Part shown: one piece after another, positions 20,801 through 31,200 of the stretch
Position numbering within the stretch: the stretch's first letter is position 1
How the letters are laid out: each line of letters starts with the position of its first letter
Virus record (IMG/VR): IMGVR_UViG_3300031707_000016
Location: 1 to 62,003 of that record
Length of the DNA stretch: 62,003 bases
Reading direction: 5' to 3' (one strand)
Source: a virus
Lineage: Duplodnaviria > Caudoviricetes
Notes under the pieces: model-generated
The model's database searches: none
Told to the model about the DNA's origin: nothing
The model's input: the letters and a program-made list of their open reading frames with translations, nothing else
Translations under genes and position numbers: made by a program

Positions 20801-21011
20801 TAGAACCAACCGAATTAAGAGCAGACACTCTGTACCACCTTGTATCGCCCCACGTCACGTTATTATCAACGTAGCTAGTAGTTGCTGCCGAGCAGGATAA
20901 GCTGGAAGTCCACGTAGAACCCGAATTTGAGGATTTTTCTAATAAAAATCCATTGTAATCCGCTAAGGCGTAGTCCCAATTTATTAGCGATTGTGTATTG
21001 AATGCACTCAT
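17841..21011 (-). CDS. large virion accessory or adhesin-like protein (two FN3 domains, PPC-like domain, beta-propellers)
   Basis: W...LE.S...YxD...YRV.A FN3 patterns twice; DFDTYVTL...GSYTVEV...GRYAL PPC-like pattern. Confidence 0.65.
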   Translation of the reverse strand: MSAFNTQSLINWDYALADYNGFLLEKSSNSGSTWTSSLSCSAATTSYVDNNVTWGDTRWYRVSALNSVGSSTPSALFELFIHSPGVDTPVLAGAQYLFETQSAMSWTYSGSSQGGCDYFILERSIDSGSSWPYSASINPTSTSYNDFSVSYASNYWYRIKAHCTFGLYGPYSDTASVFIFYPPSSCVSPDFGPSVQAGYIGYGSASYYAYNYGVRLNFTNSVISQSVSLWARSQDFDTYVTLVDPDGGVVGISRNGFTPDGDFNGDGDTALSAILTKSGSYTVEVASQNNGLGRYALYVSPGPKLETSWSAAGETADVVYISSSNYIVIGESGPNLVFYDITNQTTNKIVYSNGVQGAAYSPTQDKVYAWVYYQTAGKYTASIDEYDNTGSFLQSNFFYRDPISQSSVPPTIDFNGYLSYDSFNDRILFARYNYTAVANITIWDCATRTVLATLSSSAYQNFSGFWMSCYSAVNNSYYLATQGMNPMVKVDASSFAMSNTAQSAKIVVTYIPSNGTMMIRGTTDTLKIYDPVSDTIVHTQTGVPGFGLFEEGADDTCTDSYIAAVDDQNNPNSAGIVVIDKNTYAEKNFLQFTNEDSDPPNGAGWYQYSITFVPSSSRVYSAMQEFDFNTGRLYSIGTSTATAPVLAPFTASNFPFTASCMTYSGSFLITSSNPGPTDWMGRAYPSYITSTDDLNFRTMVVSDNEYLLDGTFQHNRHNWFFNFDGTVRYNDYTESYIHTWPGKNAVFCGGKYFMMSDGLNHQTFLDEPMTASAMLMFDRTGSLLSTIPLTYGGMDWSTDGKNVWVFEHDGTTLWLEQLTGSDGSILNTQNIYDGGFIAMNVSATASFSTSIDNGYYGGAIVSFTDGNTNWSFVNNAISGSTESGSGDLLTAVQDGFYAGNGYFLSMADDGITPYGGWAGSMAYCQLTNTVFIGAFGAAPDYQPLILETDSHLNVIYTYDLSEFTGSVFAVDDIKYNRKNHTLELLNYWSNPAGAVLVLDPIAHTVVCDIYPISEIPLGASAGRSIAVEPYSGDLYWPQRFDGDVNAYTGSVKRYHV

Positions 21012-21044
21012 TATTCTTGTAGATACATATCTTTTTTTAGAGTG

Positions 21045-22559
21045 TTATCTTGGTACAAGTGGATCTCCCGAAGTAAGGAATTCCAATCTTGTGTAATAAA
21101 ATGTCCTGAGTATTCCGTCTTCCGCCCAGAATGGCCACAGATACCAATTGATGCCATCAACAGAATACCACAGTTCCCCGTGGTCGGTATTCAATACCCA
21201 GTATCCATTTCCATATACGATAGATGCAATGGAGTCTCCGGCTACCACTGGTCCAGTGACCGCAGCATTCCACGTAATTGAATCTGACGAGTAAAGTATG
21301 TCCCCAGCATCTCCAACCGTAATATACAATCCTGCGGCATAAACAATGTCGGTTAGATTATTACTGGTTCCTGTGGTCTGTGCCGTCCATGTAATACCAT
21401 CCGGAGAAGTTTCGAGGGAATCCGCAAGGTTTCCATTTACCACTAAGAATTGGGTTCCGTCCCAGATAATCTGTTTTGCTCCAACACCGCTTGGAAGCGT
21501 GGATTCAACTGCCCATGCTACTCCATTGGTAGAACTCTTGACAATTCCGGTATCCGTTATTGCATAGAATTTGGTTCCATTATAAACTATGCTGTTCATA
21601 TTCCAATTTGGAAATACATCGGTATTTGACTGGGCGGTCCACGCCATACCATCTGGCGAAGTTATGCATACGCCCGCCTGTCCCACCGCAACATATAGCG
21701 AACTACTATTATAAGCGATTCCTCTTAGATGTCTTCCACTGGCGTTGGATGTTTCCGAATTCCAGTTGATTCCGTCTGTGGAAGTTCTAACCGTTCCGCT
21801 GAATCCAACTACTATAGCATACTCACCAACAACGGAGATGTCCAATCCAAAAGAATTTATGTTTTCAATGGAAAGTGTAGTTCCCTGACTTCCCGTAATT
21901 GTAGGAATACCCGCCGGGCCGGATGTAATTGGAACCACTACCTCATTTTCAATATGACGAATCTCCTGAATCTTGGAAAACAGATTTGACCCAGCCAATA
22001 GGTTCTGATTCCCGTCATCATGAATTTCAACGTGGTCATCCAAAGTATTATCAAAGAGTTCAATAGACCCCTCGACCAACCGATCCCCCATCATACGCCT
22101 CGGAATGGAAAACAACAAGAATCGGTCGGCGAGGTATCTATCTGTTTTACTTAGCGGAAAATCTATATTCTCCATTCCGAAAATCTGCAACGGATTTCGG
22201 TAGAGATTATAGAATGCTCGTCCCATCTGGTCATACACAAGTCGCTTGTATGTCCCATCGTCGTTTTGCGCCTCATCAGCGGGAGTGAATAATCCACTCC
22301 CGCTAACACCTTCTTCAAAGATGGCCAAATCAGAGTCTTGTTGCTCAAGTGCTATATTACAGTCAGTGTTTAGAATAGGAACACATGTAGGAGAATACGC
22401 AATGTAATCAACAGCGACTAATGTATCTGGAATGAGAAGGCTCTGAGACAGCGGTTCTAGCAAAACGGCATCTTCATTATCTACATTGGACAATTCCCAT
22501 GCCTTCACCGCCGCAAAGGGCGAAGTCAAGAGATTATGTTTGCCAATCTGTTTTATCAT
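21045..22559 (-). CDS. virion protein with shared N-terminal anchor domain and Asp-box (S.DG..W) beta-propeller
   Basis: Repeats STDGINW, SPDGMAW, STNGVAW, SPDGITW, SVDGINW; N-terminus paralogous to 23935..25134. Confidence 0.7.
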   Translation of the reverse strand: MIKQIGKHNLLTSPFAAVKAWELSNVDNEDAVLLEPLSQSLLIPDTLVAVDYIAYSPTCVPILNTDCNIALEQQDSDLAIFEEGVSGSGLFTPADEAQNDDGTYKRLVYDQMGRAFYNLYRNPLQIFGMENIDFPLSKTDRYLADRFLLFSIPRRMMGDRLVEGSIELFDNTLDDHVEIHDDGNQNLLAGSNLFSKIQEIRHIENEVVVPITSGPAGIPTITGSQGTTLSIENINSFGLDISVVGEYAIVVGFSGTVRTSTDGINWNSETSNASGRHLRGIAYNSSSLYVAVGQAGVCITSPDGMAWTAQSNTDVFPNWNMNSIVYNGTKFYAITDTGIVKSSTNGVAWAVESTLPSGVGAKQIIWDGTQFLVVNGNLADSLETSPDGITWTAQTTGTSNNLTDIVYAAGLYITVGDAGDILYSSDSITWNAAVTGPVVAGDSIASIVYGNGYWVLNTDHGELWYSVDGINWYLWPFWAEDGILRTFYYTRLEFLTSGDPLVPR

Positions 22560-22581
22560 GGCTCAATGTAGATTGACCACC

Positions 22582-23895
22582 TTACTCTCCGTTACTGAGT
22601 GATCTTGCCCAACTCCAACGCCACGAGAGCGTAAGTGTTTGAACGTTCGTCTTGGACTGACTGTAGTTGAACAACAACACATACGACTGCTGTGTGGTGA
22701 GATGTGCATTGGTTGTTAGGTATCCAAATCCCATACTTCTGAGATTGGTACTGTTTGCCTGAGTCAATCCAAATGTTACCGTCTTGTCAGCATAGTATGT
22801 GCCTGTGCCTGCATATGCTGCTCTGGTCATTCCAATTGACGTGAATCCAGTCCAAGTTCCGGTTCTATCCGTAGCACTACCAAACGAAGATAGCGAAGCA
22901 CTTTTTTCCGAAATCCAAGCAGCGCAATTTGTTCCACTAGACATTGGGTCCAAGGGGAATCCCTGCCCACTGTTGGAAGCACCACCCGTAGAAGTGACCA
23001 GTTCGATCTGACTGTTCGTCGAAGTTCCCTGTAATGATTCCGTTGCGTTTAGATTTGGTGTTGGTGCAACTGGCCAGTTTGTAATAATTGGAACCGTTGA
23101 ACCAGAGCGGAAGATAGATGCCGTGGGCTGAACCCTAACATCCAAGGCATAAGCGACACGCAAACGCTGTCCGGCATCAACTGATACGGGAACGCCCAAA
23201 AGAATACGACTAAACGTGGTGCTCGGAAGTACCCCATGTATATGTTGAGATGCAACGCCAATTTCGGTGTAACTTACAAGTGACGGTTCTAGGCGGAAAT
23301 CGTAAGTGCGATACATATGATATGTATTGCCCGAAAACGAATTTCCACAAAATCCACTCAACCAGTAAGACCCAGATGGTGATGGTTTTGATGAACCATT
23401 GTCACCGCCCGCAGTTTCAACTGCATTGTGCAATCCTGTCTGAGAAGTTTTCCAAATGGTAAATCCTTCGGCAGGACTAACGGTTTGAGAAATATCAACC
23501 GTACAAGTTGTGTTGGACACTGTTTGAACGGTCACTGCGCTGGATGTGTCGTATGCTATGACATCGCCGACGCTCAATAGTTGGGCATGACCGCCCAGCG
23601 ATTGTGTGAAGCTGGTGATAGTTGTTCCCGGTGTTAGTGTCACCGTCGTTCCCGCTTGTGAAGATGGCGAATCTCCGCTGAGAACGCTGTTCACTCTGGT
23701 ACCTGTCCCGCCCACGGCATAATAAAAACATGCCGTATATGGTGTGGAAGCAATAAGGTCCATGCCGTTATTAAGAATCAAGTTCTTTTTCCATTCGGGT
23801 TGTTCCCAAATGACTGTTTTTCCATCTCCCGACACTACCGAGACTTTGTATCGTCCCTCAAGTGTCTGATGAAGAGGACTGTTTTTGTTATTCAT
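22582..23895 (-). CDS. putative tail or baseplate structural protein
   Basis: 437 aa; KNLILNNGMD..VGGTG and TEIG..FSRIL patterns seen in tail proteins. Confidence 0.55.
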   Translation of the reverse strand: MNNKNSPLHQTLEGRYKVSVVSGDGKTVIWEQPEWKKNLILNNGMDLIASTPYTACFYYAVGGTGTRVNSVLSGDSPSSQAGTTVTLTPGTTITSFTQSLGGHAQLLSVGDVIAYDTSSAVTVQTVSNTTCTVDISQTVSPAEGFTIWKTSQTGLHNAVETAGGDNGSSKPSPSGSYWLSGFCGNSFSGNTYHMYRTYDFRLEPSLVSYTEIGVASQHIHGVLPSTTFSRILLGVPVSVDAGQRLRVAYALDVRVQPTASIFRSGSTVPIITNWPVAPTPNLNATESLQGTSTNSQIELVTSTGGASNSGQGFPLDPMSSGTNCAAWISEKSASLSSFGSATDRTGTWTGFTSIGMTRAAYAGTGTYYADKTVTFGLTQANSTNLRSMGFGYLTTNAHLTTQQSYVLLFNYSQSKTNVQTLTLSWRWSWARSLSNGE

Positions 23896-23934
23896 ATATT
23901 TTCTCCTAATGTTGACTGTTTTTTACGTCAAGAT

Positions 23935-25134
23935 TTATGTTGCAATAAATCCTGATCCAAATCCTACTGACAAATCTTGTATCGCTTCGCTTCCGCTTGT
24001 TGGAAGAACTATGTTATTCAATCCCGACCCCGTGTCGGGGAATGTTACGCTCATTTCTGCTTGGTTAAGGTCGCTTCCGCTTGTTGGAAGAACTATGTTA
24101 TTCAATCCCGACCCTGTGTCGGGGAATGTTACGCTCATTTCTGCTTGGTTAAGGTCGCTTCCGCTCACTTCATACACCAAACTTTGCATTGACCCCGTAG
24201 GTCCGAATGTAACCCAGTTTTCTCCAAACGACTCTGTAATGCTTGTCTCAACCGCTCCTATATGAGTACTTCCCGATGGTCCGAACGAGACTGTAGAAGC
24301 CCTAATCTCATCAGTCATGAAATAATCGGTTATACTTCCAAACAAGAAGGACACCCTCAACTCTCTGCTGGATTCGCTTCCGGTTGGCGGCGGCAATTCC
24401 AATCTACCACTCAAAAATCCTACATTAACGGATGATGTGGCATGTGCGGATGCCGTGAATACCGTTCCGTTATACGTAGGGCAATCACAGCTAGCCGTTC
24501 CCGGCATAATTATATTTGTAAATGCCTCGGGACTATTAAATCCACGAACTTCTTGAATTTTTGAGAATAAATTTGGTCCCGCCAATAGGTTTTGATACCC
24601 ATCATCATGAATTTCTACATTATCATCCAATGATGTGTCATAAAAATGAATGCTACTCTCGACCAATTTATCCCCAAAAAAGTGGCGGGGGATGCTGAAT
24701 AGGCGGAAAACATCTGATAATTCACGATCGGTCTTGCCAAGGGGGAAGTCAATATATTCCACTCCGAATATCTGAGTAGGATTGCGGCGAAGGTTATAAA
24801 AAGCTGCCTTGGTCTGAACATGGACCATGCGCTTGTAAGTGCCATCGGAATTTTTTGGTTCACTGTCGGGATAGAAGATTCCCGACCCTGTTGCACCTTC
24901 TTGATATGAGATAACATCTGAGTCCTGTTGCTCAAGTGCAATATCACAATCACGGTTGATGATAGGAACTCCGTTATTGTAATCAACGTAGTCTAGGGCT
25001 ACCGCAAATTCCGGCAACGAATCCGGAGGTTCAATCAACACTACATCATCATTTTGAACGCTAAATAACTCCCATTGCTTAACAGCAACGAAGGGAGTCG
25101 TTAAGAGGTTTTGATGATTTATGTGCTTGATCAT
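23935..25134 (-). CDS. virion protein, paralog of 21045..22559 with an internal 28-aa duplication
   Basis: MIKHINHQNLLTTPFVAVKQWEL versus MIKQIGKHNLLTSPFAAVKAWEL; similarity extends about 200 aa. Confidence 0.7.
   Translation of the reverse strand: MIKHINHQNLLTTPFVAVKQWELFSVQNDDVVLIEPPDSLPEFAVALDYVDYNNGVPIINRDCDIALEQQDSDVISYQEGATGSGIFYPDSEPKNSDGTYKRMVHVQTKAAFYNLRRNPTQIFGVEYIDFPLGKTDRELSDVFRLFSIPRHFFGDKLVESSIHFYDTSLDDNVEIHDDGYQNLLAGPNLFSKIQEVRGFNSPEAFTNIIMPGTASCDCPTYNGTVFTASAHATSSVNVGFLSGRLELPPPTGSESSRELRVSFLFGSITDYFMTDEIRASTVSFGPSGSTHIGAVETSITESFGENWVTFGPTGSMQSLVYEVSGSDLNQAEMSVTFPDTGSGLNNIVLPTSGSDLNQAEMSVTFPDTGSGLNNIVLPTSGSEAIQDLSVGFGSGFIAT
23987..24165. repeat. 84-bp in-frame tandem duplication (2 copies plus 11 bp)
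   Basis: Unit starts at 23987, 24071 and 24155; one C/T difference (24031 versus 24115). Confidence 0.95.
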
Positions 25135-25150
25135 TCATTCAGCGTTGAAC

Positions 25151-26293
25151 TTAGAAATCAAGGCGAACTTTGATAAGCAATTCTTGGTCGAACGACTTTA
25201 CTGCCGGTCTGCTCAGTTTTGCTACGGCGACGAGTTCGTTACTATCGTTGTACAATCCAACTGTCGTAATGTATGTCTTTGGGTCATTGATAAAGTCGGA
25301 GTTGTAAATCGTTCCTTTAGCATGAGTTCCATCAGTACCATCATAAACGTAGGTTGGATTGTTACTGTAGTTGAAATCACGGTTCATTACTCTGACAAAG
25401 TAGTGGCGTGCGGGAACGTATTCGCTCTTACGAACCTTCATGGATTCGGTTACGCACAGTTCAATTGATTTTGCCAGAGTCTTGTGATTGTATGTGAATT
25501 CGGTTGTCGCTGTGCCGGGAGTGTACCACCAACCTCCGTTTGTAGCAGGACCACCTTCGCTATATCCAATGCCGGGTCCGCTTCCCGAAAGACCGAGTTT
25601 CGCAGCGATTAAACCAGCATTCAAAATTACGATACCATCAGACGGATAAATCAATCCCAAACCTTCATAGGTCGGAGTAGCAGGAGGCGCAGCTTGCGTT
25701 CCAACAATGAGTTGATATACTGCCTGTGTTTGAGTGGTGTAAGACGAGTTGTCAATGACAGTAAACTTGGTTCCCAATGAACCGCTCAAAGTCAACTCAA
25801 ATTGTCCTTCATCAATTCTGTCCTTCATCTTGTAAGCGGAAAAATTGAGAACCCAAATGTCGGTTGCTGTAACCGTTGTGCTTCCACTCTGAATTGTGAA
25901 CTGTCCATCCAAATCTGCCGAACCAAGCAACAAATTCTTGTATTGCGTATAAACCGCTTTGGCCGGGGATGCTTGAATACTGGACGATTCCGTATTGAAA
26001 GAACCGCTGCCAATGTCGCCCGCAATACTTCCATATGAAATGGAAAAGTATGGGTCGTTGTTTGCAAACGCCGCTGCGCCGGGATACATGTTCAGATAAT
26101 ACATCGTCTTCTTGACATCATATACGGATGTGCCATACGATGGATTACCATTGGAACCAGTTAGCGACCAGAAGTCATCAACCAAAAAGCTTTGGGAGAA
26201 GTTTGTCACTCCGCTTGGCCAGAATCCACTTGCAATACGAGTGGTGCGTCCAGCTACAATGTCTTGATTTGGGTTGAATGTGTTAAATATCAT
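25151..26293 (-). CDS. conserved tail-module structural protein
   Basis: C-terminal FNYSNNPTY...YITTVGLYNDSNELVAVAKLSRP...IKVRLDF, shared with 15373..17775. Confidence 0.7.
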   Translation of the reverse strand: MIFNTFNPNQDIVAGRTTRIASGFWPSGVTNFSQSFLVDDFWSLTGSNGNPSYGTSVYDVKKTMYYLNMYPGAAAFANNDPYFSISYGSIAGDIGSGSFNTESSSIQASPAKAVYTQYKNLLLGSADLDGQFTIQSGSTTVTATDIWVLNFSAYKMKDRIDEGQFELTLSGSLGTKFTVIDNSSYTTQTQAVYQLIVGTQAAPPATPTYEGLGLIYPSDGIVILNAGLIAAKLGLSGSGPGIGYSEGGPATNGGWWYTPGTATTEFTYNHKTLAKSIELCVTESMKVRKSEYVPARHYFVRVMNRDFNYSNNPTYVYDGTDGTHAKGTIYNSDFINDPKTYITTVGLYNDSNELVAVAKLSRPAVKSFDQELLIKVRLDF

Positions 26294-26301
26294 AGGTCAT
26301 C

Positions 26302-26946
26302 TTAGGCATTGGATGGAGGAACGGTAACAGTTACCTCGATAGAGATACTTCCACCAGATTCATTTCCGACAATGGTTAAATTGGTTGTGGTTGTCTTTCC
26401 AAGACTGCTGTTTGGAACAAAGCGGAAAGTGTTTCCGACAACAACCTGAGCACTTGTGGTGTTGATGTCCCCGGCGAACGTGGGGATAGTATTGGACACC
26501 GCATTGATTGAGTTCGTTTGCTGAACAATGAGAGTTCCGACATTCTTGTTTCCCAAAATCGCTGTGTAACCGGCCTGAAGGTTGTAAGCGGGGTTTGTGG
26601 AAGGACTGATAATGATGTCGCCAGTGTAGTCACGAGTAACGAGAATCTTGTCTTGAGCAATCGTGATGACTGGAATGGCGGTAACACCTTGGTTCAACGT
26701 GACGAGTTTATACTTCATCGTCTGCGTTTCATCAGTCAATGGTTCAAAGACAGGGGTGTTACGTAGAGCGATGTCGTAGAATGCGCTTCCGTTGGGGTGG
26801 TTTGGCTGGTAAAGCGTGTAATCAATCTCGTCGTCTGCCAAAGCAAATGACGTGATGTTCAGATTGCCAGTCTTGGCAAGCAGTTCACGACCTTTTTTGG
26901 TCAAAACCGCATCTACAGTTATGGTTTGATTGTCAATATATGCCAT
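26302..26946 (-). CDS. conserved tail-module structural protein
   Basis: MAYIDNQTITVDAVLTKKGRELLA...ITSFALADDEIDY, a tail or baseplate N-terminal pattern. Confidence 0.7.
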   Translation of the reverse strand: MAYIDNQTITVDAVLTKKGRELLAKTGNLNITSFALADDEIDYTLYQPNHPNGSAFYDIALRNTPVFEPLTDETQTMKYKLVTLNQGVTAIPVITIAQDKILVTRDYTGDIIISPSTNPAYNLQAGYTAILGNKNVGTLIVQQTNSINAVSNTIPTFAGDINTTSAQVVVGNTFRFVPNSSLGKTTTTNLTIVGNESGGSISIEVTVTVPPSNA

Positions 26947-26947
26947 A

Positions 26948-27529
26948 TTATGCTCCGATTTTTTCTCTGTGAGAAATTATTTTTCCAACGGAAATTGCTG
27001 CTTTGTGTTCTTCCGAATAAACACGTCCGACATTGAACAGTTGTGCTTTCTTGATATTCTCACGAGAGCTTTTTCGCCCAATAAATTTTTCTATGGTTTC
27101 TGGTGAATGCTTTCTACCTTTTCTCTGAATAGACATCTGTTTCTTTTGTTCTTCTGTCCACCGAGGTTTCCCTTTTTGAGCAAGTGATATTTTTTGTTTT
27201 ACCCACTCCGGTCTATTACTCCCCGGCAAAACAATACATTTTGCGTCCTTCCTAATGTTATAACATTCAGGACACCCTACCCATACATCCAACTCTTTTT
27301 GCTCTTCCACCAATAAATCTTCTTTGGAACACTCTCGCAAAACCTCCACCAAAAATGAGTCTTTGCCATATTTGTTCCAAGCATTTTGTAGATGAGGATT
27401 GTCATGAACTCCTCGAACTAACTTTGCTTTATGACCTTCTTTCCAACGACGAACAATGTCATCCGAACTACCAAGATAGAACTTTCCATTTTTGGTGTTT
27501 CTTATTCTATAGATGCCGATTGTGGCCAT
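26948..27529 (-). mobile_element. free-standing GIY-YIG homing endonuclease with NUMOD3-like repeats
   Basis: GIYRIRN...FYLGSS..RW..H; KGRKHSPET, KISLAQKGK and YSEEHKAAIS repeats. Confidence 0.88.
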
Positions 27530-27581
27530 ATGTCTTTATAAAAAGGTTCTCATCTAATAAGTATCAGCGAGCAACCCTTTT

Positions 27582-28283
27582 TTATTTGTTTATTACGTTA
27601 TCGCTCTGGATCAGGTTAAGATTTCCGACTTGTGTTGACTGAACTGGTGCCGAACCATCTTCCAATCCATTTTCCCCGATGGTTGTCGTGATAGTTTGCT
27701 GACATCTAAAGTACGAACCAGAGGTAACTACGCCCGCCTCCATACCATAGGTTGTCATGTTAAACAACGAGAACAATGAACGCTTATGCGTAAAATGATT
27801 GAGTGGGTAACTCCCCACTATTTCAAAGTATTCACCTTGATCTGTATAAATAGGCGGCGGATTGAAGGATGGAAATAGTGGGGAATAACCATACCTTGGT
27901 CTTGCCGGAAAGATTCCAGATGCAATTGGGTTGTACTGCAATTGGTAATTGTTGACGATTGCATTGGGACTGTTGCGGAAGGTGTTTTCTCTATGAAACC
28001 ACTGGTTTGAACCCGTTTCCGACGTATAATCCGCAGGAGTCGTATCAATAAATGACGACGTGTAAACCATGCTGCTGTACCAATCTTTTCGGACAACTAC
28101 ATAGTCATACAGATATACCGACGACGTGGAATACAGATTTTCCAACGGGTTGTCTGTCCTATTGTAAGACCCGCTTTTTGCATAAATAGTGAACTTCCGC
28201 CAACGCTTGAGCAGGTAATCTGAACGTGAACCCGTTGCGTGTTGATCCACCGTCATGTCAAATGATATTTCGCCGTAGTTCAT
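27582..28283 (-). CDS. putative structural protein
   Basis: 233-aa ORF abutting the 1567-aa gene. Confidence 0.6.
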   Translation of the reverse strand: MNYGEISFDMTVDQHATGSRSDYLLKRWRKFTIYAKSGSYNRTDNPLENLYSTSSVYLYDYVVVRKDWYSSMVYTSSFIDTTPADYTSETGSNQWFHRENTFRNSPNAIVNNYQLQYNPIASGIFPARPRYGYSPLFPSFNPPPIYTDQGEYFEIVGSYPLNHFTHKRSLFSLFNMTTYGMEAGVVTSGSYFRCQQTITTTIGENGLEDGSAPVQSTQVGNLNLIQSDNVINK

Positions 28284-28286
28284 AAA

Positions 28287-31200
28287 TTATAGTGTGACTC
28301 CCGGGCAACTTGCAGTCCAGTTCCATCCCGTTCCCGTCAATGGCGACCACGTTTGAACAATTGCCGTGGAAGAACTACCCGTCTTGAGGAACGTTGCCGT
28401 ACCATGACCGGGGGTTATAATGGTTTCGGATGGCAATCCTCTCGACAGAAGTGCGGTATTCAATGCTGCCTGATACGATGATGCGCCACGGTATCCAGTG
28501 TTAATCACGGTGTTACCCTCATAAATAACGATGTATTTGTCAGGAACATTGTAAGAATTGAATTTCAACTGAATAGAACCCGTTGCAGATCCAAGAGTGA
28601 TGGTGTATTGAGTTGGGAATCCACCGGGAGCGACTCCGCTGCGTGAGCTTCCAGAACTAAAACATGAAACCGCAGGTATTGCATTGACGGTGATATACCC
28701 CACTTGAGTATCTACATCAAACAATTCACCACGGAAGGCAGTAAGCGTAACCGTGTAAACGCCGGGTATGTTATAAACATAGGTAGGAGCAACTTCTACG
28801 CTACCAGTTCCATTTCCAAAGTCCCACGAATATCCATCGGCATCCACACTTAGGTTGGAGAAGTTTACAGTCAATGGGTAATTTCCAGACGTAACATCCG
28901 CAATGAAGTTTGCTATTGGAACCACTGTGACCGGAGCAAGGATGATGTTTGGATCGGCGACGATTCCACCAGCAAAGTGCCCAAGTTGATATGGGTCCAT
29001 CATATCCCCGATATACGTTCCACCCATCAAATAGTTGACGGGGTACATTCTGTTTGGCAAATTGAGATATGACAAATTCACATCAATAATTCTATTTTCG
29101 GGCATAGAATTGGTGTTGAAATTTGATACGGAGTTCGTATTAAAGTTGAAGTCCGCATAGAGAAGCGACTCTGTAAGGCGACACAACTTGGTGTTTGGGT
29201 CACGGAAATAATGTGATGCAGTCGCTTCACCATACCACACCGAACCACTGTTCATTTCGCTTCCGATTGGTTTAATTGGATACTTCGGACGCTCCAAAAT
29301 GGAGGGTTCTATCAACACTCCAACAAGTGCATTCGCACGGGCGGGCACAACGTTCCTGATTGCTTCAAATATGGAACGGTTGAAGTATAGCTTGTAGAGT
29401 GTGATTAACTCATTGAACAAAGTTCTGCTTCCGCTGCCTTCATTAAGTGATGAGGCGTATTCTTTGCGGAAAAGATTGAGCGATTGATAACTCTGTGAAT
29501 ACTGATTGAATGGCGCACCGATTGCATCCATGAAATCGAAATTTCCAAAGTATCTTACCGTATCTTTGTTACGGAAATCCTGTGGGTCAACGAAGAATCC
29601 TACTTGGTTGGAATCTGGTGCCGTGTTGTTGCGAGGAACATACGTAGAACGCTCCTTGTTGTCAAATCGGGCAGCAATAGATTGGGATGTATGCCTTACC
29701 TTTTCATTTCTGAATTTGTTTGGACCATATTTGGACACTCCCCAAGTGCTTGGATAATCAATTACCTTGAATTGCCACGGGTATGTAGATTGTGACACGT
29801 ATCGGCAGGAGGCGGTATCATAAACCAACTTTTGCGAACCACTCCACGCCGCATAATTGGCCATCAAATCCATGTTGTTGATTTGTGTTGGCGTTGGCGT
29901 CAGACAATCAAATTGCTTGTTTATCGAGTTTGTTGCATAGTATGGGTTTGCATTTCTCCACTGTCCTACCCATACGTTATATGGTCCAGACAACCCTATG
30001 AAGTTGTTTGGTACGGCATCACCCGGGGCAATTTGACGCATGTCAAATGGATAGTCCGTATGCATACGGAACAATAGAGATTGGTGAGCGGGACGTGACC
30101 CGCTAAAACTGTAGGCGTTTATGCTGTTGGCGTAATCTTCAAAGTTACTATCGGTAATGGCATCATACCATACCTGAAGTTTGTCCATTGCTCCGGTAAA
30201 TCCTTGTCCGTTTCGGTCAGCAAACCAACCACCGAGCATAAGGTAAGACCCAGATGAATCAACCGAGAATCTATGATTGATTGCATAATCATACGAGACT
30301 TTACTTGAAGTAAGTCTTAGTGTCTGGTTTCCAAACTCATTCTTCTGAACATACAAATCAAATATACTTGGAATAGCATCTGTGTTTGTATTGTATTCAA
30401 ATCCCGTAGGAACCAGATTACGACGAAGCATCAAGCTATAGATGCTTCCGTCAAAGAGCGGGAATGTTGAGCTGGTAATTTTGAACTGAGGATTGTTATC
30501 ATATCCAATTCGGAAGTACACTCGTCCGAGATTTGGTCCTGGTTCACGAATAAATCCAACGGTCCAATCTCCCGAACCAGATGGGGAATTTGCAGTGACG
30601 CCTCCCCCAACCACTCCCAACATGTTTTGTTCTCTTCCATAAACATAACTGTCCGCATCGCCGATGCAGAACTTCAGGAGAAACGTGTTACAATTGGTAG
30701 TGAGATTGTTTCTGAAATGGTCGTACTTGGAAGACGTGTCCCACTGATACATGAAGGAACGCTCATACGTGGTGTATGACGCCTTTTCATCTGTATAGTT
30801 GACTCCACCGTATTCACGAATAGTCAACAGCGAAGACGGAACGCCATAACAAGCAAGAATGACACGGACAGACTCTTCGGTTCCCTTAGTCTTGAAAATG
30901 CGTGGCAAGTTGATGAGAATACGATTTCTCACTTCCTTGAGACGGTCTTCCGCAGACATACCATTCAACCCCTCCTGTTGTTCAGAAGTCAAGTAGTTGT
31001 TCAGCATGTTCGCCTGTTCCAACGAATCATCCAGCGTCCAACCAAAAGTCTCAAGCATGTATTCTACAATGCGACGAGTAAATGCTTCTGTTGCCCCCGA
31101 ACCGACGTGCCTTTCCGAAGGCATGTTAGCGATGTAGATGTAGATTTCATCAAAGAAGTGACCAATCATCGAAAGGAAAATGATGTAGTCATCGTTTAAG

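Noticed and set aside
23987-24165. 84-bp near-identical repeat as a DGR template/variable repeat pair or CRISPR repeat
   Set aside because: Copies are adjacent, in frame and differ at one site; no spacers, reverse transcriptase or cas genes in the window
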